Assembly: GCF_004010195.1 (NCBI RefSeq)
Contig: NC_057720.1
Coordinates: 15,516,430 to 15,580,429 of the forward strand
DNA from: Chiloscyllium plagiosum
Taxonomy: Eukaryota
DNA length: 64,000 nt
Reading direction: 5' to 3'
In this document: piece after piece, positions 25,853 to 39,330 of the stretch
How positions within the stretch are numbered: the stretch's first letter is position 1
How the letters are laid out: each line of letters begins with the position of its first letter
Notes under the pieces: model-generated
The model's database searches: none
Seen by the model: only the letters and a program-made list of their open reading frames with translations
What the model was told of the DNA's origin: nothing
Made by a program: the position numbers and the translations under genes

Positions 25853-28091
25853 TATAGAGTCATAGAGACGTACAGCACAGAAACAGACCCTTCGGTCCAA
25901 CTCGTCCATGCCGANNNNNNNNNNNNNNNNNNNNNNNNNNNNNNNNNNNNNNNNNNNNNNNNNNNNNNGCCTCCACCACTTCCTCTGGCAGCTCATTCCA
26001 TACACATACCACCCTCTGAGTGAAAAGGTTGCCTCTTAGATCTCTTTTATATCTTTCCCCTCTCACCCTAAACCTATGCCCTCGGGTTCATGACTCACCC
26101 ATCACAGGGAAAAGACTTTCTCCATTTACCCTATCCATGCCACTCATGATTTTATAAACGTCTATAAGGTCACCCCTCAGCCTCCGACGCTCCAGGGAAA
26201 AAAGCCCCAGCTTATTCAACCTCTTCCTATCACTCAAATCCTCCAACCCTGACAACATCCTTGTGAATCTTTTCTGAACCCTTTCAAGCTTCACAGCAAC
26301 TTTCCGATAGGAAGGAGACCAGAATTGCACACAATATTCCAACAGTGGCTTAACCAATGTCCTGTACAGTCGTAACATGACCTCCCAACTCCTGTACTCA
26401 ATACTCTGACCAATAAAGGAAAGCATATCAAATGCCTTCTTCACTATCCTATCTATATACAACTCCACTTTCAAGGAGCTATGAACCTGCACATCAAGGT
26501 CTCTTTGTTCATCAACTGTCCCGACGACCTTACCATTAAGTGGATAAATCCTGCTAAGATTTGTTTTTCCAAAATGCAGCACATCACAATTATCTAGATT
26601 AAACTCCATCTGCCACTTCTCAGCCCATTGGCCCATCTGACTAAGATCCCATTCTAATTTAAAGTGACCTTCTTCGCTGTCCACTACACCTCCAATTTTG
26701 ATGTCATCAGTGAACTTACTAACTATACCTCTTATGCTCACATCCAAATCATTTATATAAATGATGAAAAGTAGAGAGGCCTCCAGTCTGAAAAGCAACC
26801 CTCCACCACAACCCTCTGTCTTCTACCTTTGAGTCAGTTCTGTATCCAAATGGTAAGTTCTCCCTGTATTCCATGAAATTTAACCTTGCTCACCAGTCTC
26901 CCATGGGGAACTTTGTCGAACGCCTTACTGAAGTCCATATAGATCACATCTACTGCTCTGCCCTCACCAATCCTCTTTGTTACTTCTTCAAAAAGCTCAA
27001 TCAAGTTTGTGAGACATGATTTCCCATGCACAAAGCCATGTTGACTATCCCTAATCAGTCCTTGTCTTTCCAAATACATGTACGTCCTGTCCCTCAGGAT
27101 TCCCTCCAACAACTTGTCCGCCACCGATGTCAGGCTCACTGGTCCATAGTTCCCTGGCTTGTCCTCACCACCTTTCCTAAACAGTGGCACCACATTTGCT
27201 AACCTCTAGTCTTCCGGCACCTCACCTGTGACTATCGATGATCCAAATATATCAGTAAGAGGCCCAGCAATCACTTCTGTAGCTTCCCACAGAGTTCTAT
27301 GGTACACCTGATCAGGTCCTTGGGATTCATTCACTTTTATGTGTTTCAAGACATCCAGCACTTCCTCAGCTGTAATATGGACTGTTTCAAGATGTCACCA
27401 TCTATTTCCCTACATTCTATCTTCCATGTACTTTTCCACAGTAAAAACCGACGCAAAGTACTTGTTTAGTATCTGCCCTATCTCCTGCAGCTCCACACAA
27501 AGTCCATCTTGCTGGCCTTTGAGGGGCCCTATTTTCTCCTGAGTTACCCTTTTGTCCTTAATATATTTGTAAAAACCCTTTGAATTCTCCTTAACTCTAT
27601 TTGCCAAAGCTATGTCATGTCCCCGTTTTGCCCTCCTGATTTCCCTCTTAAGTATACTCCTACTTTCTTTATACTCTTCTAAGGATTCACTCGATCTATC
27701 CTGTCTATACCTGACATATGCTTCCTTCTTTTTCTTAACCAAATCCTCAATTTCTTTTGTCATCCAGCATTCTCTATACCTACCAGCCTTTCCTTTTACC
27801 CTAACAGGAATATACTTTCTCTGGATTCTCGTTATCTCATTTCTGAAGGCTTCCCATTTTCCAGCCGTCCCATTACCTGCAAACATCTGTGCCCAATCAG
27901 CTTTTGAAAGTTCTTGCCTAATACCATCAAAATTGGCCTCCCTCCAATTTAGAACTTCGACTTTTAGATCTGGTCTGTCCTTTTCCATCACTATTTTAAA
28001 TCTAACAGAATTATGGTCGCTGGCCCCAAAGTGCTCCCCCACTGACACCTCAGTCAGCTGCCCTGCCTTATTTCTCAAGAGTAGGTCAAGT
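25853..28091 (-). mobile_element. Young 5'-truncated CR1 (HER1-like)
   Basis: ORFs 27410-28078, 26834-27193 and 26088-26798 encode the EN tail (GASDHN) and RT (YMDFSKAFDKVPH, KFTDD). (ctctatga)n tail. Near-identical to 47587-50030. Confidence 0.95.
25915..25968. other. Assembly gap (54 N)
   Basis: Run of N inside the CR1 3' end. Confidence 1.
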
Positions 28092-28312
28092 ATCTTGTGT
28101 GCTGAAGTTTAACAACAGTGTTGGAACAATGCCAAATTATCTCTTATATTCCAGATGTACAAAATAGCTCTTAATAATTCATGGCTCATATAATATTGCA
28201 AAATTACATGTTAATGGATGGTACTTAACAAGTACTTACTTATTACCAAATATCTTCATAGCCCACTTGCAAGATGTGTGAATTACAGCTTGGTCACTTT
28301 GTCTAAGAATGT

Positions 28313-28807
28313 CATCAAATCCCTACAGTGTGGAAGCAGGCCATTTGGCCCATCTTGTCTACACCAACCCTCCAAAAGCATCCCGCCCAAACCCTTTACC
28401 CCTGCATTTCCCCATGGCAAGCCATCTAGAAGAAAGTGAGGACTGCAGATGCTGGCGATCAGAGTCGAAAACTGTGACGCCGGTCAGGCGGCGTCCAAGG
28501 AGCAGGAGAGTCAATGTTTCGAGCATAAGCTCTTCATTCAGGAATGTCATGTTAAATTGCTCACAGTATCCAGTGATGTGCAGGCTAGCTATCTGCCTAG
28601 CCTGCACATCCCTAGATACTGTGGGCAATTTAGCATGACCAAACCACCCTAACGTGCACACCTTTAGTAGAAACTGGAGCATCCAGACAAAATCATTCAG
28701 CCGCATGCCAAATGTGTAAACTCCACACAGACAGTGACCCAAAGGTGGTATTGAACCTGGATCCCTGGAGCTGTGAGGTAGCGGTGCTAAACACTGATCA
28801 CCATGCT
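28313..28807 (-). mobile_element. HE1-like V-SINE containing a family C PLE fragment (about 28429-28545)
   Basis: The SINE halves flank gaaagtgaggactgcagatgctgg...tttcgagcataagctcttcattcaggaat. Confidence 0.75.
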
Positions 28808-29924
28808 ACCCCACATATCAGAGACACATCAAACCCCACATGATGCCATTCTCAAGAACGCTCACTGAACCCAAAACAGTAGCTTGGATTTCTCTCCACA
28901 CATGTGGTCTGACCTGCAGAGATTTTCCAGTAATTTCTGTTTTTGTTTCTGATTTCCAGCATCTGCAGTTCTCTTAGGGATTTTATTCTGTTCCACCTGA
29001 CCCCTATCAGGGATTTTATGATTGTTCTCAATCAATTAGGGATCCTACCTTGTGACTTACTGAAGTATTATTAAATACTAGATTAAGCTTTAGCAGTTTG
29101 GATCACCTTCATTTTCCGAACAAAAATCATTTATTATCCTTGGCTGATGATGGATAGAAAATTACATCAACAATTTGGGAGCAAGTTTAGAGCAGAGAAT
29201 CAATTGCGTGATAAAGTGAAGACATTTTCATTTTATATTCTATAAAATATTGCAGAAAACAACATGCACGCATTAAGGAATGTAATCACATGCCCTAACA
29301 GAGTGGAGCAAAATGTACTCCATACATTTCGGCAGGGATTTCAAATGGAATATTTAATCAGATAGTGGGAATAACCTCAGCACTGTTGATTCCCTTATGC
29401 TGTACAACAAAACAACAAAACAACATTGCTCAAAATAGTCGGGAGGGCTTTGTACTGAAGACTATCAACACAAATGAGAAGGGAAATATGTTTTTTCACT
29501 TGTGCCAAACGATAAATCAGCATTAAAGATCTCCAAGGCATTGAAAAGAGCTGGAGCAGTTGGGAAAGCAAGCATTTGAGCAGTGTACAATTGGAGGTTA
29601 CAGGTCAGGTACTTATGTGACTGCTTTTTTTGCAAATTTGCTGCAAACAAATTTTTTTTAAAATCCCTATTGCGTAATCTCTATTGCTAAAGCAACAAAC
29701 ATCCAAAGAGGCAAAAAAAAATTAGAAGGGCTGAACGATCTCACTCCTCTACCCAAGTTCCAAGTCAAAAGGACACCTTGAGTAGTTTGATCTTCGTACT
29801 TGCCAAATTGTGAGATGGGGCACCAGGTGGCAGTGCAGCATTCCATCTCAGGGCTGTCGAGGGAATGAGAACAATGGAAAACAAAGTTGTGTTTCTCAGG
29901 TTCCACCAATACCTCAGTAGACTT

Positions 29925-30470
29925 AAAACTCAAAGAACTGAGGATGCTGGAAATTGGAAACGGAGGCAGAAATTGCTGGAAAAACTCAACAGGTCTGGCA
30001 GCATCTGTGGAGAGAAAGCAGAGTCAATGTTTCAAATCCAGAGACCGTTCTTCAGTTCTGAAATGCCATCTCTGCTTTCTCACATGGCTTAGAGGTATTA
30101 TCGTCAAACTATTAATCCAGACCTAGAGAATGTTCTGGGGACCGAGGTTCAAAGCCTGCCATGGAAGATGGTGGAATTTGAATTCAGGAAGAAAACGTCC
30201 ATCATTAAGAGTCTAATGTTAACTGTTGATTGTCAGGAAAAACCCATCTGGCTCACCAATGTCCTTTCGGGAAGGAATTCTGTCAGCCTTACATGTGACT
30301 CCAGTATACAGCAAATTAGTTGACTCTTAACTGCCCTGTGGGCAATTAGGGATAAGCAGTAAAAGCTGGCCCAGCCAGTGATGACCCCATCATGTGAATG
30401 AACAAAATAAGGACACCACAGATGCTGCCAGACCTGCTGAGTTTTTCCAGCAACTTCTGTTTCTGCCTGA
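29925..30470. mobile_element. Family A palindromic insertion split by SINE-X (30090-30410)
   Basis: Left arm gatgctggaaat..ctcaacaggtctggcagcatctgtgg; right arm ccacagatgctgccagacctgctgag. Confidence 0.7.
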
Positions 30471-31614
30471 GTCATGGAGACTGAGAAGGTTTCTGGTTAA
30501 ATCCCTGGACTGGATTCAGTTAATTGAAGAGAACACAGTCTAGTGTTCCTACCTCTTGACTATCGCTGAATAGGCTTGATGCCCACAGCTAGTTAGGTGT
30601 AACTTGGTTGAAAGATGTTTGCAATTTGAAATAATTGGATGATTCATAACCCAGGTTATTAAACAGGTGAAAGCTGTCCTTCCCCTTATTTGTCACAATT
30701 GGGATGAGGTCAGAATTGGGCTTGGGCTAATTAAGCTCTAGCGATACCTCCCAAAACCTATTCACCTCTCAACCTCACTCTCTTTATTTAGGAGCCCCTT
30801 AAAACTTACCAGGCTTTTGGTCACTTGCTTTACCATTTTCTTACCTGGCTTAGAGTGATTTTTAAAAAATTCTCTGTGAAGCGCTTTGAAATATTTCACA
30901 ACATTTATGGTTCTGTATAATTACATGTTATTTTTATTGCAATTAACTTCAGGATTTTCACCTCTACTGCTCAGTCTAAAGTCGATTACATGTCTGATCA
31001 TGGCTTCTTCATGCTTTGACGCTAACATTTTGACTACATGACTCAAAACTCTGCTGGGTCTTTTAACTGTTGCTCTGTATTGGTTGGGCATGTTGACAAA
31101 TCTGCTAAGACTCTTAGCTGTTGTTCTATCTGAGCCAAACCACTTAACTTTCCCCTACTCTGCTATATTCCCTCCAAGTGATTTACAAGAACGCTTCCAG
31201 CAATGAGAAACTTTAGATATGATGATAAATCAGAGAGGGCTTTTCTCCAAGGAGAGAAGAAGATTAAGAGGGAATCTGATAGTAGTTTTCAAAGCATGAC
31301 TGGGCTGCTTAGAGTGGATAGGGAGAAACTGTTCCTGTTCATAGAAAGAACTAGAACCAGAGGGTACAAATTTAGAGAGATTTGCGAAAGGAGACAATAT
31401 GATGCAAGGAAAATCTTTTGCACTCAGTGTATAGCTAGGGTTTAGGGGGTTGGTCAGCTTGGATGGCTTGTGAGTGATGTTAACAGTCATGGGTTCAATT
31501 CCCATACCATCTGAGTTTACCATGAAGGGCTCTCCTTCTCAACCTCTCCCCTTCACCTGAGCTGTGGCGATTGTCACATTAAACCATCACCAGTCATGTC
31601 TCCCTCCATTTGTG

Positions 31615-31922
31615 GGCAGCATGGTGGCTCAGTGGTTAGCACTGCTGCCTCACAGCGCCAGAGACCCGGGTTCAATTCCCACCTCAGGCAATTGTCTGTG
31701 TGGAGTTTGCACATTGTCCCCGTGTCTGCGTGGGTTTCCTCTGGTTTCCTCCCGCAGTCCAAAAATGTGCAGGTTAGGTGAATTGGCCATGCTAAATTGC
31801 CCCTAATGTGGGGTGAAGGGGTAAATGTAGGAGAATGGGTCTGGGTGGGTTGCTCTTCAGAGGGTCGGTGTGGACTTGTTGGGCCGAAGGGCCTGTTTCC
31901 ACACTGTAAGTAATCTAATCTA
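31615..31922 (+). mobile_element. HE1-like V-SINE (young)
   Basis: A/B boxes, V-domain and (taatc)n tail. Nested in another tRNA-like SINE inside a CR1 remnant. Confidence 0.9.
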
Positions 31923-32879
31923 AAGAAAGCAGCCCTGAGATCTGATAAAGCTCACACACTTTTATCTTTTAGTGAGGGTAGCGAGTGCATTGGCTGAAAG
32001 TGTAGTGGAGGCAGGTTCAATTGGGGCAGTTAAGAGGGTTTTGGTTGATTATTTGGATAGAAATAATGTATATGGATAGAAATAATGTATATGGATGAGG
32101 TTCATGTGAAGATTGAAGGTAGGATGGGCCAAATAGCCTCCTTCTGCATGCTAACCCTTCTGTAATTCAGTATTTGTTATCATGCATCTAAATATTTACC
32201 CAGAAGGAAAGTAAACGATTTTGATTTGTAGAACCATTTTTATCTGAATTGACTACAGTGGCTGTTTACCTAGTTATTTCTGTTTGTATAATTTTCAATT
32301 TAGTCTGATTTTCTTAAATAGAGGTTTAGTAACCCTCTGACGTAGGCATCACTTTAACCTCTTCCCACTAACTAGTATTTCCTCAGTGACCCAACAAAAT
32401 ATCTCACAAATCCTAGCTCACCTCAGCTGACTGACGATGCTGGAAATCTGTGAAAGAAGTTAATGCACCTCCTGACTCTCCATGGCCTTTCACCATTTAT
32501 AATACGTGCATCAGAAGTGGAATGGAATACTTGCTGGGATGAGTGCCGCTCTGTGACACTCAAAAAGCCTGGCACCATCTTGGACAAAGTTAACATGTTG
32601 AACTATAAGTTGGTGTTGTGTGATTTTAACTTTATCCACCCCAGTCCAACACTAACCCCTGCACATCACTTTTAGGACAAGGCAGCTCCAATCCACCACC
32701 TTAAGTGTTCACTCACTGCCACCAGTCTGCAGTGACTACTGTATGTGCTGTCCACAGATTACACTGCAGCACTCACTGAAGCTCCTTACACAGCACTTTC
32801 CAAACCTGCAACCTCTACCACCTAGAAGGATAGGAGCAGCAGACATACCTACACTGGTTTAAGAAAGTGACTGAGTACC

Positions 32880-33177
32880 TGAGTGACTGCACAAAACACT
32901 ATATAGGACAAACAGGAAGACAGCTAACAATCCGCATACATGAACATCAACTAGCCACAAAACGACACGACCAGCTATCCTTAGTAACCACACACGCAGA
33001 CAACAAGCAACATGAATTCGACTGGGACAACACTACTATCATAGGGCAAGCCAGACAGAGAACAGCCAGGGAACTCCTAGAGGCATGGCATTCATCCTCA
33101 AACTCCATCAACAAATACATCTCGGCGAACAGAACCACAGCAACGAGCACCCGAGCTACAAATCTTCGCACAAACTT
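32880..33177 (+). mobile_element. PLE 3' fragment encoding a GIY-YIG endonuclease (family D, Poseidon-like)
   Basis: CTKHYIGQTGRQLTIRIHEH..HADNKQHEFDW..RELLEAWH..SINK (YIG-T..R..EH signature). 8-bp TSD TGAGTACC at 32872-32879 and 33178-33185. Confidence 0.85.
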
Positions 33178-33234
33178 TGAGTACCATCTTCTCGAGGGCA
33201 ACCAGGGTGGGAAATAATTGCCAAATCGGAACCA

Positions 33235-34900
33235 CAGAATGATACAGCACAGAAGGGGGCCATTTGGCCCTTCTTGTGATGCCAGCTCAGTTGACCTTTC
33301 TCATTGTATCTTCCTGCTCTTGGCCCTGCAGCTTAAGCTGTAGATCCAGGTAATTTTAAAAGAGTTTCAGGCCTCTGCCTCTACGACCAGCTCAGGCAGC
33401 GAATTCCAGACAAGCACCAACTCTCTTTAAGCCTTCTGCCATGAATCTATTACACCTTTTTTTGATTGCCTGCCAAAGGAAATAGGTTCCTGCTGTCGAC
33501 CCCATCTCTCCTCCTCACAATATTGTATACCTCAATCATGCCCCCCCTCAGCCTTCTCTGTTCCAAGGAAAACAACCCAAACTTCTCGATTAACTCAAAC
33601 TCTCCAGCCCTGGCGCCATTCTTGTAAATCTTCTCTGCACTCTCTCCAGATAATTATGTACTTTCTATAATGTGGTGAATTGCAGCAAATCCTGTGAAAG
33701 AATAGGAAAAAACAACATTGTCCCATATTCAGTCCCTTTCCTTAGCTTTCCCAAACTATCTCCATCCATCGAATACTGTGAACAGTTTTAGGCCCATTTT
33801 CTAAGGAAAGATATCCTGGTATTAGAGTTAATGCAGAGATGGTCCACTCAGCTGATCCTAGGTATGGAGGGACTGTCTTATGAGGAGAGGTTGAGTAGGT
33901 TGGCTTTGTACATTTTGGGATCTAGAAGAATGTGAGGCAACCTTATTGAAACATGCAAGAGTGTTAGGGTAAAAGCAAAATATAGCAGATGCTGGAAATC
34001 TGAAACAAACACAGAATATACGGGAGAAACTCAACAGGTCTGGCAGAGTCTGTGGAGAGAAATATGTTCTGAAAACGTCGCAGCAGACTCAAAACGGTAA
34101 CCCTATTTTCTCTACAATTCTTCTAAATCTGCTGAGTTTCTCCAAGACTTTTTGGGACCTTGCCAGGGTAGATGTCAAGAGGTTGTTTCCCCTTGTAGAT
34201 GAATTTAGAACCAGAGGCCATAATCTCAGAATAAAGGATTGTACGTTTAAGACAGAGATGAGGAGAATTTCTTCTCTTAGAGGGCAGAGAATCTTTGGAT
34301 CTTTTCCAAACCACAGAGAGCAGTAAAGGTTGGGTCATTAAGTACATTTAAAACTGAGAAGGACAAACTTTTAATCAGGAATGCAGAGTTATGGGGAAAG
34401 TGGAGCTGAGGATTATCAAATTAACCATGATCTCATTGAATAGCAGAGTGGACTCAATGGGCTGAATCATCTTCCTCTGACAATAAGTCTGTGTAGAGTA
34501 GAGTCTGTGCAGCATTGTAAATTATTTTGTTTGCTGTATTATGAGAAGGTGCAAAATAGATTTGCTAGAACGATAGCAGAGCGGAGAGATTCTATCTATC
34601 GGGAAAGATTGAAGAAACTGAGGCTCTTCTTTGTAAAAAACTGAAGGCTGGTGGTGGTGTGGGAAGGGGGGAGGGTGGTGGTGGTGTTGAATGGACCTTG
34701 ATAAGATTATGAAAGGCTTAGTAGGATTCATGCAGAGCCGACGTTTCCACTTGCAGGCAAGCCCAGAACTAGGAGCCATAAATATTAGATGGTCACTAAT
34801 AAATCCAGTAGGGAATTCAGGAGACATTTCTTCACTGAGAGAGTGCAGAATGTGATGTACTACAGCAAGGTGCAGTTGAGGCAAAGAACATTTAAGATGA
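33235..34900. mobile_element. Cluster of decayed CR1 3' fragments with a family A insertion (about 33970-34145)
   Basis: CR1 C-terminal and UTR motifs on both strands. gatgctggaaatctgaaacaaac unit inside. Confidence 0.65.
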
Positions 34901-35051
34901 AGCCAGATTAACTCCAGAGTGGAAACGAAATGGAAAGAAAACCTCTATTAGGGTGAGGTGAAGAAATATAGGAAATGTTCCGAATGGATATGAACACAGA
35001 CATTTGGACCAAGTTGAGGACCAAAGGATGAAGGGCCACTTCATTGGGGTG

Positions 35052-35370
35052 TCATGGTGCCTCAGTGGTTAGCACTGCTGCCTCACAACTCCAGGGACCC
35101 GGGTTCGATTCCACCCTCGGGTGACTGTCTGTGTGGAGTTTGCACATTCTCCCCCTGTCTGCGTGGGTTTCTTCCCACAATCCAAAGATATGCAGGTAAG
35201 GTGGTTGGCCATGCTAAATTGCCCCAGAGCGTTCAGGGATATGCAGGTTAGATGGATTAGTCATGGGAAATGCAGGGTTTGTGGGGGGTGGCGGTGGTGG
35301 TATGCTCTTTGGAGGGTTGGTGTGGACTTGATGGGCTGAATGGCCTGTTTCTACATTGTAGGGATTCTAA
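35052..35370 (+). mobile_element. HE1-like V-SINE
   Basis: B box GGTTCGATTCC, V-domain and CR1-like tail. Confidence 0.85.
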
Positions 35371-38300
35371 GTGGCTTGTTCCTATGCTGTAAATAAGTCG
35401 GGGCAACTTTTTGACAGATTAGCAACTTGCAGGACAGTTGAGCGACATACCTACTGCTGCTTTGCTATTTCCCTTTCTCTTTGTCCTCTCCAAGGACATA
35501 AGTACGTCACCCTTGCTCAGTACTCTCCTTCAGTTAAAATCAAGAGCTTGGTTCAATTGGTGTAAGTGTAGGTTTTGCCCATTTCCTGACCTGTGGTACA
35601 TCTTTGACTAGGTGTGAACATTCACTTTTCTTGACTAATAGATACAGCCTGACACATTGTTGCACACAGCACTTTGTTTTATATATATATAAATAACCTT
35701 CCAGACGTCAGCAGCAATAACATCAGTATAGACATTGCTGTATTTTGTGATAATTGTTTTGGCATGTCAGAGAACTTACGATTTGCTCAACTAAGGTCCT
35801 AGGAATTGGGTAATGTGTTGGAACCTCCTGGCACCTGGATTAGAATCTGGACCTAAAAGATGATTGAAGGCTTCTCTCTGATGGCTTGCAGGGAATGGTA
35901 AATAAAATTAATTTGGTCAGTTTCAACATAACTCCCAGTGGGCACAACTGTAAAGCAGAAATGTACCCTGAAATTCAACGCATTTGGCACTTTATTTGGT
36001 AACCTTTCTCAGGAAGGGCATTAATTCTAGGGCTTTTGGGAAATGGACATGTAACATTCGTAAAATAGGTGGTGATTTATTGAGCTTGAGGTTAAGTGTT
36101 TGATACCATCCATAAAACAGGTAACTTGAGATTTTCCTTTTTACTTTAGCAAACAGACATGGAAAAATAATTGGACTAATATGCGTGAAAATGTTGGGTT
36201 TATACCACATGGTAAAATAAATTAAGGAAACAATGTACTCAGAGCGAGTTAACTTCTTTTTGTGGAATTGTTACACAATAATTGACATTTGGCATGTTAT
36301 AATAGTTTATAACTATTTCCAGTTGAACATTGATTTTAAGATCTAAATCGCAGTGTAGTCTTCAGTTTCTCAAGTTTAAATGTGAATTTTAATTTTTTTT
36401 GTCCTTTCTTCTGACATCAAAGCCAAGCTGTACTTCCATCAGGCTCATGAATGCTAATTTTCAATAGAATCCACATATGGAAATTCTACACTATGACACC
36501 ACCCTTATAGGCACAGGAGATATTCTCTTTGAAGTACAGATTGAGTGTTTTTTATATATCTTTTGTTCATAACTACATGAGATTACAATAGATTGCTGCA
36601 ACATAACTGTGCTGAAAAGCTTCAAACCACATTTGCAATTAATTGAAGAGCAAGATAAATGAAAGAACTACTTTACGATGGAGCTAAATTGAACTCTTAG
36701 CTTCTAACTATCACATGCATTCAATGAAAATTTGTCTACAGTCATTAAGTGTGACTCTATTTCATATAATTCAGCATGATCTGGATCTTTTCTCTGCCTA
36801 ATAATAATATTGGGACAGCTGTTCTATTAACTCTGCCATATTGTCCAGTCCCCTCTCTTCAAGCTGAATAGCACTTCATTCCTGCATACTATTTTCCTGA
36901 TCTGTGAGGGATTAAAATAAATTGCCAATTCCTTATTTGTCACCCAGCTCACTTGCAGGCTCATTCTTGTTAATTCAGCTATTTTCTGCCCACCTTCATG
37001 TCTACACTTAGACGTGGGAAGATTAGGTGGCTGCATCTGATCGGAGGATTGCAGCAATGGACGAAAATGAATGATATTTTCAAGTCAAAGACAGGGCCAC
37101 AGAGGCTAATAATTGCATTAAAAATACACTCTGCATGTAGGTGTAAATAGGCTAATCTAAACAAGTGCCACCATTTTCATGTAGAATGCACTGGGTTATG
37201 TCATTACCTGACAAGACTGGCACCTTTCACCTCCAGCCATTGTGATCTGTTAGATCTCACTAACAGGACGAGTGAGAAACATGTTTGCAAGGGATTTGTT
37301 TCCTCACGCTCAGAGGCAGCTGAGAGTCTTGCCAAATGACAGGAAGCATCTTACATTCAGAAGGTGAGATTGCCTAAGTGTTTGCCTGTGTCTAATTAGT
37401 TTGCCTTTGCTAGTTGTGGTAGTTCCCACAGCCAGAGGCGCAGCCTGTAGATTTTAAGCAAACTATAAGATCGGATCTATCACAAAGGAAGATGGAGTCA
37501 ATCGTGATGTCAGGAACAAAGGGCACATGATTGTCGAAAATAACTTGTTAAAAACGGTACCAAGAGTTTATTTATTCTTTAGTGGAAATCAACACATTAC
37601 AGCAAGGGATGAAATGATAATTTGTGAGGAGACTAGGTTTTATAACTCTCAGCTAGGCTCTCCAATCCAAATCTTACTCCAGTCGATTCTCAAAAAAAAA
37701 CTGTTCCCTTTTGAGTTTCTGAGCCTCCAATTCCCTAATCTCTAATACCTCCTGTCACAAGTGAAGTCAACACATGTGGCATTTTCTGGATCTTGCTCAA
37801 ACTCAAACCCCTTTTTCACAACCAAGGTCTCAAGTCAGCTCGACTGCTTTATCCCTCCTCCACAGCAGTGCCTCAGTCTCGCCACTGCTGCCATCTGCAT
37901 CTCACCATCTTGGGGCATGACATAACAGAAAAGCAATGCACAGGAATAGGATTCTGAGCATTTCACAATAACCTGCTGATATGACGCAAGTGCAGCATTT
38001 ATGTTGAAACGTCAAGACATGAATATATGAATGGCGTCTTTTCCTAATCAGACACAATCTGCATTAATGTCGAGCTGAATGGATGTCAGCCCATTCATGA
38101 GGTAAAATCCTTATGAAATGATGTCTTTACGTAATGCCTGTTTAACAAATAACCTTCTTAACCTTTAGGGTCACAGAGTCTCTGTGGGGTTGTTCAAAGC
38201 ATGGTTCACCATGACAGGAATCAGGGCAAAGTATAAGCCTCATCCCATTTATAGTTAACATTTTGATTCCTACGATGATTTGTGACTAAGTTTTGATATA

Positions 38301-38990
38301 AAACAATATTTATGGAGATTTTTAAAGCAAATTACGAATATGGAAACTGAAAGTACTGTGGATGCTGGAAATCAGAAACAAGAACAGAAATTGCTGGAGA
38401 AGCACAGCAGGTCTGGCAGCATCTGTGGAGATGTGTTAGGTCCAGTGACCCTTCCTCAGACTCAGTTCCCAGACTTGCTGAGCTTTTCTATGATGTGGAG
38501 GAGCCAGTGTTGGACTGGGGTGGACAAAGTTACAAATCACACAACACCAGGTTATAGTCCAACTGGTTTATTTGGAAACACTAGCACTTTAAAAGCATTT
38601 CTTTTAAGTCACATTCTCAAGATAAGTTAAGGTTTTATTAAACAAAAGTGACATCTCAGCTCAGACAGTGCATTAACGTGTGAGATCAGAGCCTGTCTGT
38701 ATCTGGTTCTAGTCTGAGTCAAGATTGGGGTACAAACAGACTCTGACCTCACACCTTTAATGCATTGTCTGATTGAGATGTCACTTCTTTTTAATAAAAC
38801 TTTAACTTATCTTGAGAATGTGACTTAAAAGAAGTCCTGGGATTTACATATTAATGAACCAAAATCTGCAGCCCTTTCTAAAAGTTGAAAGACTTAACAA
38901 CAATCAAGGTTCGTTAAATATATCATTTTTCTTGCAATACACTGGAATCTTTTGCTATAAATTCTGCATCTCATGGTCCTGCTACACAAT

Positions 38991-39024
38991 CACCTGAAGA
39001 AGGAGCATGCTCCGAAAGCTAGTG
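38991..39024 (+). ncRNA. Minimal hammerhead ribozyme (family B)
   Basis: CAC-CUGAAGA-A-GGAGC-AU-GCUCC-GAA-AGCU-A/GUG. Confidence 0.8.
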
Positions 39025-39330
39025 ATTAGATTCCCAACAGTGTGGAAACAGGCCCTTTAGCCCAACAAGTCCACACTGACCGTCCGAAGAGAAACCCACC
39101 CAGACCAATTTCCCTCTGACTAATGCACCTAACACTATGGGCAATTTAGCATGGCCAATTCACCTGACCTGCACACCTTTGGACTGTGGGAGAATACTGG
39201 AGCATCCAGAGGAAACCCACACAGACATGGGGAGAATGTGCAAACTCCACACAGTCAGCCACCCCAGGTTGGAATCGAACCTGGCACCCCGGTGCTGTGA
39301 GGCCTTAGTGCTAACCACTGAGCCACTGTG
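39025..39330 (-). mobile_element. HE1-like V-SINE inserted in the family B PLE
   Basis: The PLE sequence gctagtg|cttccaaataaa is interrupted by a complete reverse SINE. Confidence 0.9.

Noticed and set aside
31615..31690. tRNA gene suggested by A/B boxes
   Set aside because: The sequence continues into the SINE body with no acceptor stem or terminator.
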